Source: Podarcis erhardii
Lineage: Eukaryota
Direction: 5' to 3' (one strand)
NCBI GenBank assembly: GCA_964252035.1
Contig: OZ176204.1
DNA length: 64,000 nt
In this document: positions 52,051-64,000 of the stretch, piece by piece
How positions within the stretch are numbered: the stretch's first letter is position 1
Layout of the letters: each line of letters begins with the position of its first letter
Position numbers and translations under genes: made by a program
The notes under the pieces: generated by a model
Databases searched by the model: none
What the model saw: only the letters and a program-made list of their open reading frames with translations
Told to the model about the DNA's origin: nothing

Positions 52051-53479
52051 GTAACAGCTGCTATGCTAGTTTCCCAGCAGATGTGATGCTGTTACTTACT
52101 AGGAGATGGGAGTTGTGGCAGGGAAGTCAGCGCAGTGCAAGCATGTCAGCAGGACTGCCAAATTCGCATCGTATTGACTTCTTGGTAAGCAAAAGTAATC
52201 CATCTGCTGAGAAACTAATGTAGCAGCTGCACCATACCAGATGAGCCACCTATGGCTATCCCATAGCACCACTATTTTGGGAGGATTGGTCAGTCATATT
52301 ACCAGAAAATTTCCAGCACTAAGACAATACTGTATATTAGAGGAGACAGTTTTAAGTCGAGTTCTTCCCAAGCAAATTTGATCAGCCAGAGCAGTCTATG
52401 GTGCATTGTGTATACAGTTGCATGTAGCTTCTTAAGTATGCTCTCTGTGGCCTAATGTGATATTAACCGAAACAGATAGCCAACAGCAAAATATGATACT
52501 AATGACACTTCTGACCCAACTGTAGCATCAAAGGTGGACAGCATGTAAGCAACCTTATCTGCAAAGCGCATAATAAACAAGTCACAGCTGAATGGAGATG
52601 CTGACAAGAACAATATGATATTTCAAATAACTTCCACTTACTCCTCAGTACAATGTTGAATCCCCGTACAAGGCTATTAGAGTCTTAGGAGTTAAGACAA
52701 TCAAAATGTATTTTTATATATTGAGAATATTTCTAAACCACCCTCCATCAGCAGATTGCAAGGTGGTATATAAAAGTGCAAATAAAATTAAGTCTCACAC
52801 AACGTACAAATGCAATTTGTGACCAACACAAAATAAAATAAAACAAAGGCAAATGGAGATAAAGCATGAACTTCCTTTTTGTTTCAGGTTGTTAAAAGTA
52901 TCCCGGTTCTATGAATACAAATACTGATTTCTTTATGGCAAGTGTGATAACAGCTCTTCTAAATGTAAATTGCTTTCATAGACATAGCAGAGGTCAATAC
53001 ATTACATGAACACTAAGGAGATGAAGAAACGATCCAAACGATTGCCTACAAAGGCTGCACTTGTTTCCCTACCTAAAACTTTTCTTAGTTCTTGGAACTA
53101 AGTTCTCTCTCCAAACCTCTTGCACACAGAACCCTTAGAATCCAATCCTTATTCCAACTACTAGAGAACATTCGCATAAGCATGCTAAAAGTCTTTATTT
53201 TGATAATTTTGCTTTTATATAATCATTGTACAGAATACAGTGTCCCATAATGAGCAAAGGGGGACAAGCAAAACCCTTTGTAAAAAGACAGCTGTATTCG
53301 TCCAATGAGAAGGAACTGGCTCTCAGCCCACTATGCTTTATCAAGGAGATTAGTGCCAGGGTAGGAATAAGGTTTCATTTTTGGTGGTGATGGGAGGGAA
53401 GTATACTTTGAGGAGACGCTTTACCTACTGCTACAAAAAAGTAACAGAGGAGCAAAACACACACATCCTTCTCAATATA

Positions 53480-53725
53480 CAGCCATACCTCGGGTTAAAT
53501 ATGCTTCGGGTTGAGCATTTTTGGGTTGCGTTCTGCGGCGACCCGGAAGTAACGGAACACGTTACTTCCGGGTTTCGCTGCTCGTGCATGCGCTCAAAAT
53601 GACATCAAGCGAATGCGCGGAAGTGGGGAATCGCGACCCGTGCATGCGCAGACGCGGCTTGCATTCACTTCAGGATGTGAACGGGGCTCCGGAACGAATC
53701 CTGTTGGCATCCAGAGGTACCACTG
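53480..53725. mobile_element. Tc1/mariner (pogo/Tigger-like) MITE, CpG-rich copy
   Basis: TA|cagccatacctc...gaggtaccactg|TA, with an internal perfect 13-bp inverted repeat. Confidence 0.88.
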
Positions 53726-56444
53726 TAGATATATCTAAACTTAAACATTGAATTCAAAGGGGGGAAACCATTAATATTAGATAACAATATTATCAATCCA
53801 AAGAGAACAAGAGTAGCTGGAAGTCCCCAGGAGTCCCCAACCTAGATGATATCCTCTATAAATATTGTATTCATAACACACTCAGACATTCTAGGACTTG
53901 GGTAAGGTAAACCAACAAAACTTCACAGTAAGTCCAATTTTTCTCTCTTGAAAGGAGGGGCAGAGTAGTATGTAGCTAGAACATTTCTAACAAGAAGTAT
54001 TATGGGAAGGAAACAGGGATCGCTCCTCCACTTTCCCTTCAGCACACCCCTTAACACTGCCTGCAACAGGAGGAGCAGCTTCTTCTCAAAGCAAGCTGCT
54101 CTCCCCCACCAACTGAGACCAGTGACTTTGATGGATTCCACTTGCCTATGCCAGCATCATAATGCAGCACTAATGTATTTTCTGGACCACAAAAATAATT
54201 AGTTTTGGTGTGGCTTAGCACTTCTAAAAGTTATTGATTCACTCCAAGCTACATGCAGCATGACCTTTTATCCCTGCCCTCCTATGGTAAGAAGGAGCAT
54301 ATAGTATTCATGAGGTGCAGGGAGGGGTTCCTTCATAAACAGATAACACATGACTGCACTTTAATTTAGTCAGATCCAGCCTTCCTACATAGTCCTATTC
54401 TGCAGAACTTCGGAGCAAGAGAGCTTGCTATAAAGCACTCTTCTAAGTAGCTAGAAAAGGAGAACTGTGAAGAGGCCACAGAACGAACTTTGAATGGAGG
54501 GATTCCCATCTGCCATCATTTAGATCCCCTGGGAAACTCACTAAGCCTTCTGAAGCCTGGGACTGGGTGTGTGGAGAGCAGCTGAGTGACCGCTCAATGC
54601 AATACAATTGTAAACATCCAGAGGAAGTTCCATCAGACTTTGGTACCTGTGCATAAACTCCAGAGTGAAAGACTAGGGTGAAGTCATCATTTTCAGGGGC
54701 CCATCTTCCTTGTGAGAAAGTTTGGGCTGACCCTTCAAGTGTTCTCAAAATATTGGGTGGTATTCAACTAACCCACCCTGTCAGCGCAAGGATTTCCACC
54801 TGCACAATGAGACCTTCTCCCCTCATGGAGAACAAGCAGCACAAGCAGCAATCCTTGTTCACTTAGCACTATACTGCATTTCATCCAGTATTTTAAGTGT
54901 AGAGAGCTCAGCAGCAATTTTGCAAAGATTTCAGTCTTCCCTTATAGTACCACCTTATTAACGTCAGCCATGCATAAATGGCAAGAAGTACCAAACATGT
55001 GAAATGAGATGAATATGACAGAAGGATGAAAAGGGGAAAACGGAGAATAAAATATCCAAGTAAAATTACCTTATGGGCAGCTATAGAGTCAGAGCATAGA
55101 ATAAATCAATAAAAACAAATTGATAAAAGCAATCAAAAGTGACCGTCAAAAGCCTCATGGCAACAAACAAGGAGGGATGGTCCTGGCAGGATCTATCAGA
55201 GGGAGCGGGAAATAGGAGGAGGGGTCCAGATAGTCTGCCCAGATGCTGCTGGACATCCCAGCTGTCAACCTGCCTCTAGAGATTGAGATTGCCCTGGCAA
55301 CCAGGGAGGTAAATGAGCCTGAATCAGATAGTGAGCTGGCCCCATCTCCAAAGATGTGCTGTTAAATGTGCTGGCAAGCAGATCCAGCCTACACACAGGA
55401 GTGCCCGCTTGCTTGTCCAGCCCCATTGTTTGGGACATGAATCATGTGACCATCCCGCTCTGCAAAGCAGGAGCAAAGTGGACATGTCAGCTGTTGTGAC
55501 AATGTGTTAGCTTCTGCCAACCATGTATCTTACACTTTTATTTCTGAATTACTGATTCTGTAGCCTGTATCTTAATCTATGTTTAAACTATGTGATGACT
55601 TTTAGAATAAAGCCTTTGAGAATTCTCAAGTCGAGAGTCCGAGTACTTTGTCTGAGAGTGGGAGCCAGGAGAGTGATGCTTGATGAACTACTCATATATA
55701 TTGTCAATTGAAAAACATATTTTAAAGTAATAGCTAGAAGACCATTACCTCCAGTACAGACCAGGGCAAATTTTAAGATTTTCCAATGAGACCCTGTCAG
55801 TGTTTCCACAACTACCAGATTACTACAGGCCTTGTAGTGATAACATTCGCCATCTCCCTGTGGAATGATGTGCAATTCATGAGCCTTTAAATGCTTCTTA
55901 AAAACTTACCTGTTTACACAAGCTTTTTTAAGAAAACTCTTGACTCTTAACTTTAAATTGTTTTTGTTTTGCACACTAGTTTTATTTCTGATACAGCTTT
56001 GTTCTGCTATAAGATTTTAATTATATATACATATTTTAAGCTCTAAGAGGCAAATAGCCACCTGAGCCAGCAAATTTATCTGAAAAAAAACACTGGTGTG
56101 GGTGTAGAGATAATACATAATGTGGGTGTGGATATTACATAATGTGTAGCTTGGCCATTACTCTTTTCCTAGTGAGCGTTCATATACTTAAACTGTTTCA
56201 GCCAGAAGACACCCAACCCTGGTTATGTCCATAGAACTCAAGTACTCCTTCGGTGTACTTGCTTACGATTTCCTCCGGATACTGGTGGTAATACAGGTAG
56301 AGTCAGCAGGCCTAACATTACTACTACTGTTGCTTCATGCAAACAACAAATAGATTTTATGAGAGCATGAATTTCCTCTTGAACATGATGTGTACTACCC
56401 TGACTCATCATATCATAATTGTGGGGAGAATCATTGTGGGGAGA

Positions 56445-56528
56445 GTCATCTCCAGGTGGGCTGGGAGAGACACACGAATTTCTGGAGAGCTGCTGCCAGT
56501 CAGTGTAGGCAATACTGAGCTAAAGGGA
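56445..56528 (+). mobile_element. Squam3-like SINE fragment
   Basis: catctccaggtgggctgggagagac...ctggagagctgctgccagtcagtgtaggcaatactgagcta. Confidence 0.7.
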
Positions 56529-59500
56529 GAAATGAACTGCCGCTGTATAAACAGCGTTCTGTGCTCCTTTGCTCTAAAAGTTTAATTATGGGTACTTGTC
56601 CAAGTAAGAAATTTGCCCTGGAGTACATTGCTTGCCTCATAACGTGCCTCTGAGCAATTAACTCAATTGGATAAGTTTATTGTTACTATGCTTATACAAA
56701 TCCGATATATATATAATCAAGGCAACTGTGACTTAACTCTCTTCAAATGCATCCTCCTCACGGTTTCAATTCCAGAAGTAGGTGAGCAAAACAGAATAAA
56801 GCAAAGACAGCAAAAAAATATTTTAAAATCTGTACTAATCCCCTGGTTCACATCTGAAGCTCGGTTCAATTGGCTCTTCCCTTAGCAATGTGCTTTATTC
56901 ACAGCACCCCAACTTCTAACTTCTCATAAAGTCACTGAACTGCACATTAGTATAAACACAAAAGCCCTGTTTTAGACAGCACTGTGCTTTAAAGATGCAT
57001 CTATTCCATGCTATTCTACATTTCTTTTTCAGATTAATAATGCAACTGTGAGGCAAATTATCTAAGAATTAACTACTCGAGAGCAAAACTATTGTAATTC
57101 AGGTCTCTGCTATGGATCCAGAATACTCTGGACAGGTCTCCTAATTTATAGATTAGCCACAAACAGGATATTGATTCGCCTTAAACTCAGAGCTGTTTGA
57201 GACAGACACTATTTTCCATGGCAAATGAACATCAAAGTAATTTTCTTACACAGAACTGGGCAGGAAACAACCTTGTGCTAAGGCACCTTTGACACATATT
57301 GGGTTTTGTGGCACATATTTCATCGCTGAAGTGGTAACACAAATTTACTGGAATTCTGCAACATTAATGAATTTGCTTTAGCACAAACTGAAAGTCAGCC
57401 TGCTGAGAGACAAAGGCAGACTTTTCATCTGCAAAAGAACACACCTGTTTGGCAGGAAGCTTCTGATTAGAAAGGCAAGGTTAGGGGGAAAGCCAGGTTT
57501 ATGTCTCCTTCAGTGCATAGAAGATGCATTCAGACATAATGCTGAGCCAAGAGGTATGGCTTGTTTAATCACACTGGGCAAAAGTTCCATGCTTGTGGCT
57601 TGTTTCTCCCACAAAAGAAATGTTGGCTTCAGATCATGGTTTATGTGGAGGGAAGCAAACCATGAGAATTGGTTCAGATGCAACGCTAAGTCAACTGCTG
57701 TTTCCCTGATCCACTGTGGCAGGAGCAAAGTGGGAGTGCTCAAACTGTGCGCACCTTTTAAAATTTTTAACATCGCAATCATGCTTTAAATGAGCCATCA
57801 AGTAACAGGAATCTATTCTTTGTTGCTGTTGTTGTTTTATTAAACCTGGGCAAAAAAGCCAGAGTTAGTTGCTCCAGATTTTTGGGGTTCTTTCTCCCAA
57901 GTCTGCTGGCATGAGAAATCTTGCATTCTCATCCTTCTCCATCTCCCTTTTCATTACTGAAGCCCAATTGCCTCCACTTCACCACCAGTCAGCTATGCAG
58001 ATAATGAAAGGTAACGAGTTCCACTAATTCCTCCCTCTTTACTTAGTTGGTCCATAAGCCAACAAAAGTTATCACCTCTCTATTTCCACACCCCCTCGAA
58101 TTTTGTTCTGTTTCTAACCTAGTTTTTCTGCACACCTAAGGCATAAGCTCTTCAGCTCTTAACTCTTTGCCAAACCACTGCATTATTCTCATACCTTCTC
58201 TCATGACACACTGTGCCCCTGCCCCAAGAAAAGCACCTTTTCCTCTGCTCTGCTATCCTCACTTATTTCCACCCCCTGGAAACCTGCTCTCTTCTCTACC
58301 CATCTCATCCCAGAAACCCCTAGCATTTACATCAACAATCACTTTAAAACCCTCTAATTGTGCCCAAATTCCTAGCATTTACAAAAATAATCACTTTAAA
58401 ACCATCTATTTGTGCCCAACTTCCTCTTCCCCCACCCCCTTTCCATACTCTTACTAGAGAATTGGGATATTTTACAGCACATGCTTGCTTTTCTGCTTAG
58501 CTCCTGCTTTTACCTACAGTTGCCAGAATAATGAACAGTTCTAAGCATTTATTAGCACCATAAATTCTGGTTAGGATTAAGTGCTTTAAATAAATTGTTT
58601 CATTAATTTCTTCTTGATAAAATTCACTGCTCTCCTCTGGAATACTCTCGTCTCAGGCCTCTTCAATTCTCTTTAAAAAGAACAACAGATTTCAGTAGCA
58701 CTTGAACACCGGCATTAACACAGCATTCAAAATTCCTCTCCAAATGTTAAGGGTCCGTGTCTGAAAAGTGCACACAGGCGTGTCAACCAGGGCATATGGT
58801 AACAGAACATCCCACCATATGCCAGCTGACACACAAAACCCAATCTATAATCTTTAAACAATGGCCTAATAGTGCTGTAAGCAGAGCAGAATAGTCCTGA
58901 GCAGAGAGGTTGCTGACATTCTGAACCAGCTCCCATGGCTTCTGCCATTGTGAATTCAAGTCAAGTAAACCATTCAAGAAGCAGCCAAAGAGGAAGCTCT
59001 TGCTGCAGATAGGACTTTCCTCCTGACCCAGCTTTAATGATAAGGCTGCTGTTCCTCTGTGCAAAGTGTCAGGGTTGTTTTCCTCCTCAGTAATGAGCAT
59101 AAAAATAAACCAGTGAGTTTACGCTTTAAAAGGAGGGATCCACTAGCCACAAAAATAAACGGCAGGGGGGAAAGCAAAACAAAGGGATAGTTTCGTCAGA
59201 CAGTATAAGCAGATTCTTTTTAAGGGTACAGAAAAATATTTGAGTCAGCAGTGTTGTCAGATGGTAGGAGAAAGCAGCCTGTTACACCTGTTCATTCCTG
59301 TCAAGTAGGGATGTATTCTTTGTGTGGTAGATGGATTCTGCGTTGAGGGAGCCTCACATCCCATTTTAAAGAAGCAGGAGGGAAAGTACAGAAGAGAGCC
59401 TGCTTGTGTAGGCTGAACCTTCAGCAGCTTTTCAGCCTCTCTGTTTTCATCTGGCTCCGTTTGCTTCCAAAAGGGAACACATTGAATGCTTTTGATTCCT

Positions 59501-62081
59501 TCCCCGGCACTCAATTTTCTATCTCTCATCACTTTCTGGTTATTAAGCAATTCAGTCTATCTCTGTGGCTTGAAGAATAAGCTAATTTTCTGCTGCAATG
59601 CATGGCTGTAGATTTAAGATGAGTGATGTATCCGAGTTCTCACCCCCCCACCCCTCTTAAATCACTGCTCTTTGACTTCTGCCAGAGTAGATAGCAGAGG
59701 TCCAAAGATTAACCACTTCAGTGTGACCATTTACCAGTCACAATGCATATAAAGCAGGTATTCACAGCAACCTTTCACACAGCATATCTGTCACATGTTG
59801 GCAAGAGCTATGGAAATAAAATGCCTCTGCACCCAATGAGCCATAATGAGTTCACATTGGACAATAACAGTGCCTGATTGGGACATAGATTCTTTAAACA
59901 TCCATAAACATCAAAAAGGCATTCATTTACAAAGCAGTTGTTAGTGAAGCTAATGGCTGATTAATTCAGAGGGAACCCTGGGAAGCAGGGCCACTCTATC
60001 AACTCTGTTGGAAGACCAACTCCATCAGGCTTATTCCTCAACCACCACATGGCAGCAACCATTCTATGAGGCCACAGCAGAGAGGGAGATGAGAGGAATG
60101 GTCTTTCCACCTGTCCTGCTATGAGAACAACAACATTTGGGCTCATCCTCTCCCTAAACAGCTAGTCCTTAAACTTAGATAATAACTGGTGTGTGCTTGC
60201 CTCCTCTTCCTTTCTCATCTCTTTCTCCTTTTGTATTGTGTTAGTTGGGTCAGAAGCTAGCAGGCAGGGACTGTATTGTTTTTATTATTCACATGTTAGC
60301 CAGTCAGTTAAAAATTTCAAGCATTCTGGATCATTCACCAAGACATCCATCCTTCTGCATAAAGATTTGCAGCCCAGGAGGCTTAAAAGTAAGCAAACGG
60401 ACCATGAGGATTTATTCTAACCAACCACAGACACCAGTGCTCCTGTTAGGCACCTTAACTATGCCTTTGGGTACAACATAAATAAGTCCACTTTGCACCG
60501 CTCATCTACTACATGTACTTTGTCCATATTTCCCAGTGGCTAGCTGTAATTTCTGTAGAAGCCCCCTAACCTGCCAAATAAATTTTCAAGGTAAACATAT
60601 GAAATAATTATGAATCATGCCTCTTAAAATGCTATGAGTAGGGCAATCATTCAAGTAACAATGCAGTTGTTGTGAGACAAGGTGTTAAAACTAAAGAAGC
60701 GGAACATGAGTTGCGATGGTCTTAAATTATACTAAATAAATTATTTGAAGGTGGCTTAACACATGACTTTTGCTTCCACACTCAAAGGGCTAAGTCCATA
60801 CTTTTCAAGGGGGTAAGTATTGCCATGGGAGGTACCATTGTTTCCATTGACTGTGTCTTTAGCCTAAATATTGAGCAAGGCAGTGAACTTGTCTATCAAA
60901 AGCATAAACACAGATGTATTATGGAGTTCATACACACAACTCTATACTATGCTTGGCAAAGGATATGTAAAGCAACACCTTTTTTTTCAAAAGCTTTCCA
61001 TTTTGTTTGGTCTACCTTGTACGCAGCGATCAGCCCCAACAGCCCTGCGGTGGAGCAAAGATGCCATGTTTAAGCAAGGGTGGAAATAGCATGGTGCCTA
61101 CATTGCTATTTGTTATTGCAGACGTCACCTGGAGAAAATGTCTGATATGAAAGGACACATTCAGACACAGCTACATATGCACACTCTTCCAACATTCAGC
61201 TATCAGAGACAAAAGTCCTGAGGCAAAAATGTAGAGAGGCCCACTCTACATAGAGTCTATGGTGTGTATTGGTAGCTACATAGGGCTAATTACGGCTCTA
61301 AGGCAGAATGCTGGGTAGGCTACCACCAGCAGAACATGGCAGCTATGTATCTCATTATTGATCTGCAATTGTTTCATGGTTGTCACTATTTAACGCTGCT
61401 TCTCCTTAAGGCAGTTTCTCTTTTATACAGGCATGCTTGCCTCAGGCTACAGATGGGTGAGAATGGGCCTCTCTGTGTATCTAAAACCAAGGGTGGCTAA
61501 CCCACAATCCTCCAAATGTTGTTGGAACTGCATTGGTCATGCTGTCTAAGTCTAAGGGAACAAAAAACATCTAAAGGGTTATAGGCCAGTTACCCCTGCC
61601 CTAGACACTGCTTTCTAGAAATCTCACCAGGTGGTTACATGGATAATTGCTTGCCTGTTTCACTGAGTGAAATATGAAAGATGGGTGAGAAGTGGTATGA
61701 AGAGAAGATGCTGACTCACTATGTGGAGGCAGCTGCTGGGGGAAACAATTTAAAAGTGAGCTTCACGCATATCAGCTTTAACACAAAACATTATAATCTC
61801 TCATCCTATTGGTTAATATACCCAAAGACTCAACAATCTCCCGGCTGAAATTGTTATTAAGCTGGAAGAATGTTTTTCTCTCTTCTGTAATAAGGTTTCC
61901 TTACTCAAATTGCTTTGCTAAACTTAAACCGTGATAAACAGGCTCAGTGGTCTGCCTTACTCCTACTCATTGCTCGTCACACACTACAGCCTGCGTAATA
62001 TGGGGAGTGAATGAAAACACATACTCAGAAACACCTTTTATGTTCTTTGTGTCCTTTTCTGGCCGATTAAACTATGATGAT

Positions 62082-62335
62082 GAAGAAGAAGAAGAGAAGA
62101 GTTTGGATTTGATATCCCGCCTTTCACTCCCCTTCAGGAGTCTCAAAGCGGCTAACATTCTCCTTTCCCTTCCTGCCCCACAACAAACACTCTGTGAGGT
62201 GAGTGGGGCTGAGAGACTTCAGAGAAGTGTGACTGGCCCAAGGTCACCCAGCAGCTGCATGTGGAGGAGCGGAGACGCGAACCCGGTTCCCCAGATTACA
62301 AGAATACCGCTCTTATCCACTACACCACACTGGCT
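62082..62335 (-). mobile_element. Young tRNA-derived SINE with (CTT)n tail
   Basis: Third near-identical copy of the 43311/45984 family. Confidence 0.92.
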
Positions 62336-63370
62336 GAAGGTAAAAGGCAAATTAAGGTTCTGGCGAAACTTGCATTCTAGGAGAAGGTAACTAAAGGGAT
62401 GGGTCACTAGGGATGAGCATTAGACTATATGATGGGACTCAACAGTGTAAGAATTACCACAAAACTTCAGGCGCCAGTTCCCTAGTCACTTCATAATAGG
62501 CACTGCTGGCAAATGTTGAGTCCTACTCCCACCCACCCCCTGCAACAGTAATAACTGTAAATTGGCTCATATGCTTCAAAATAAATCATAATGGGTTTAG
62601 ATTCCAGCCCTCTGAGACTTAAAACACTTCAGAGTCTGGTGCTGGCAAAAAGCAAAAATATTTTAATTACTCTTTACGCTCATTAGTAGTCTAATTAGTC
62701 ATTTTATTACATGCTTCTTCCCTTTAAAAAAAGCATGACGCATCTGGGGTTCCTTTTGCTGTGGCTTGTGCAGATCACATGCCAGCTTCAAAATATGCCA
62801 AGCAATGAGTGACATTTAGAATGTTTATTCTACATTCCAGAGGGGCAGCCAGGTTAGTCAACAGAGATAATGCCTATCACAAAGCTTACACAATGTAAAG
62901 TGAAATATAGAATGTGCACAGAGATTTATTCCTCCATATGCTATGCTTGGCCCTCTGTATTTGACACAATGGTTCATGTAATGACTAGACTACCTTGAAA
63001 GGGCTCAACCACCTCATACTCTTCTTCCAGAAAGAAAACAATAGAGCCAGGCTTACAACACGCCCCATGGGTTCCTCATACTAAAGTTTAAGAAACAGGA
63101 AAAGCTTTTCTTAAGAACACAGTAGCTTGTGTTTCACATCAGATACATGACTGGAATAAAATAACATGTGGAAGAACAGGCATGAAAAACAGCTTTTTAG
63201 GGGCATCCAAACAGTTGAATAGCTTGGGAATCTGCAAGATGCCCAGTTATAGCAAAGGCGTTTATTGATGGGCAGTGTACCATAACCAAAATGTGATAAC
63301 GTTAAGAAAAGAAGAGGAATTAAATGCTACTCAAGTCAAGTTCTGAGTCACTACCAGGCATATCAATATA

Positions 63371-63444
63371 GATTCTTGCATTGCAGGGGGTTGAATTAGA
63401 TGGCTCTTGGGTTAACTTCCTGCTCTACAATTCTATGATTCTAT
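63371..63444 (+). mobile_element. CR1 LINE 3' terminus
   Basis: gcagggggttgaattagatggc...ctacaattctatgattctat, ending in the (ATTCTATG) tail. Confidence 0.8.
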
Positions 63445-64000
63445 AGGTTTCCTGCTAGAGAGTGGCAGGATGCTCACAAGGGGTCTCTGGCCAATCACAA
63501 CTAGCAGCCAGCAGACTTAAGGTGCTTCTCATGAAGAAGATGGTGACCCTTTCCCAGGAAATGTGAACTGAGCTTGATTACTAGTTAAAGATGTTTCCTT
63601 GAGGAATCTTCTGGGAAAACATAATGGCTGAATAATGGCATGTGGTTGAATTATATATGGGCAAAGGTTCCAGGAACTAATTTGGCTTTTGCACATGTTG
63701 TAGCCAAAACTGCTGTTCAATCCCATGCCTAGGGGGGTCAGTCAGCTTAAAGCAATATTTGTTTTCGTACTACTCTGGAATGAATCTAAAGTGCAGAGTA
63801 ACGTCAAAGTATCACATAGTTCCAGAGCACACGCAGAGTTCTCATTAACAATGAGCTCCAGCAAGACAATAGAAATTCACTAAAGCAATGAATTTTTTGA
63901 TTCAGCAGGGAGTTGGACTAGCAATTTCTCTTGGTATCCTAGCAGTTTAATTCTAGCTGCTGCCAAGAGAAGTACTTCCAAATTGTGCTGATGCCCACCC

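Noticed and set aside
50825-64000. Search for the next upstream ARMH3 exon (...WKEAASKVTHALVNIR)
   Set aside because: Not found by eye. Partial VNI-like matches such as 52460 lack the context and splice sites, so the exon probably lies beyond the window.

Overview
This window is squamate genomic DNA, most likely from a lacertid lizard, judging by a Podarcis-type Sauria SINE and other squamate repeats. It holds the 3' end of ARMH3 (C10orf76, DUF1741 family) on the minus strand. I recognise three coding exons that splice in frame: 50746-50824, 24929-25045 and 22265-22357 (ending at the stop codon). A 25.7-kb intron separates the first two, and a 3' UTR runs down to about 21470. I found no further ARMH3 exon in 50825-64000. 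In human the next gene downstream is KCNIP2, but I could not recognise any KCNIP2 exon in 1-21000, which looks like non-coding DNA with a few candidate regulatory patches. The rest is typical reptile repeat content: tRNA-derived SINEs, CR1, L2 and RTE LINE fragments, hAT and Tc1/mariner MITEs, a probable solo LTR and microsatellites. I found no convincing new biological system. The best leads are a decayed 125-codon acidic, Trp-rich ORF starting at the 5' end of the probable solo LTR, a near-identical 131-bp direct repeat pair, a CpG-rich MITE carrying ETS- and NRF1-like motifs, and a tandem alternative splice donor that could swap the ARMH3 C-terminus. Repeat family names come from recalled consensus features, not from a database search.
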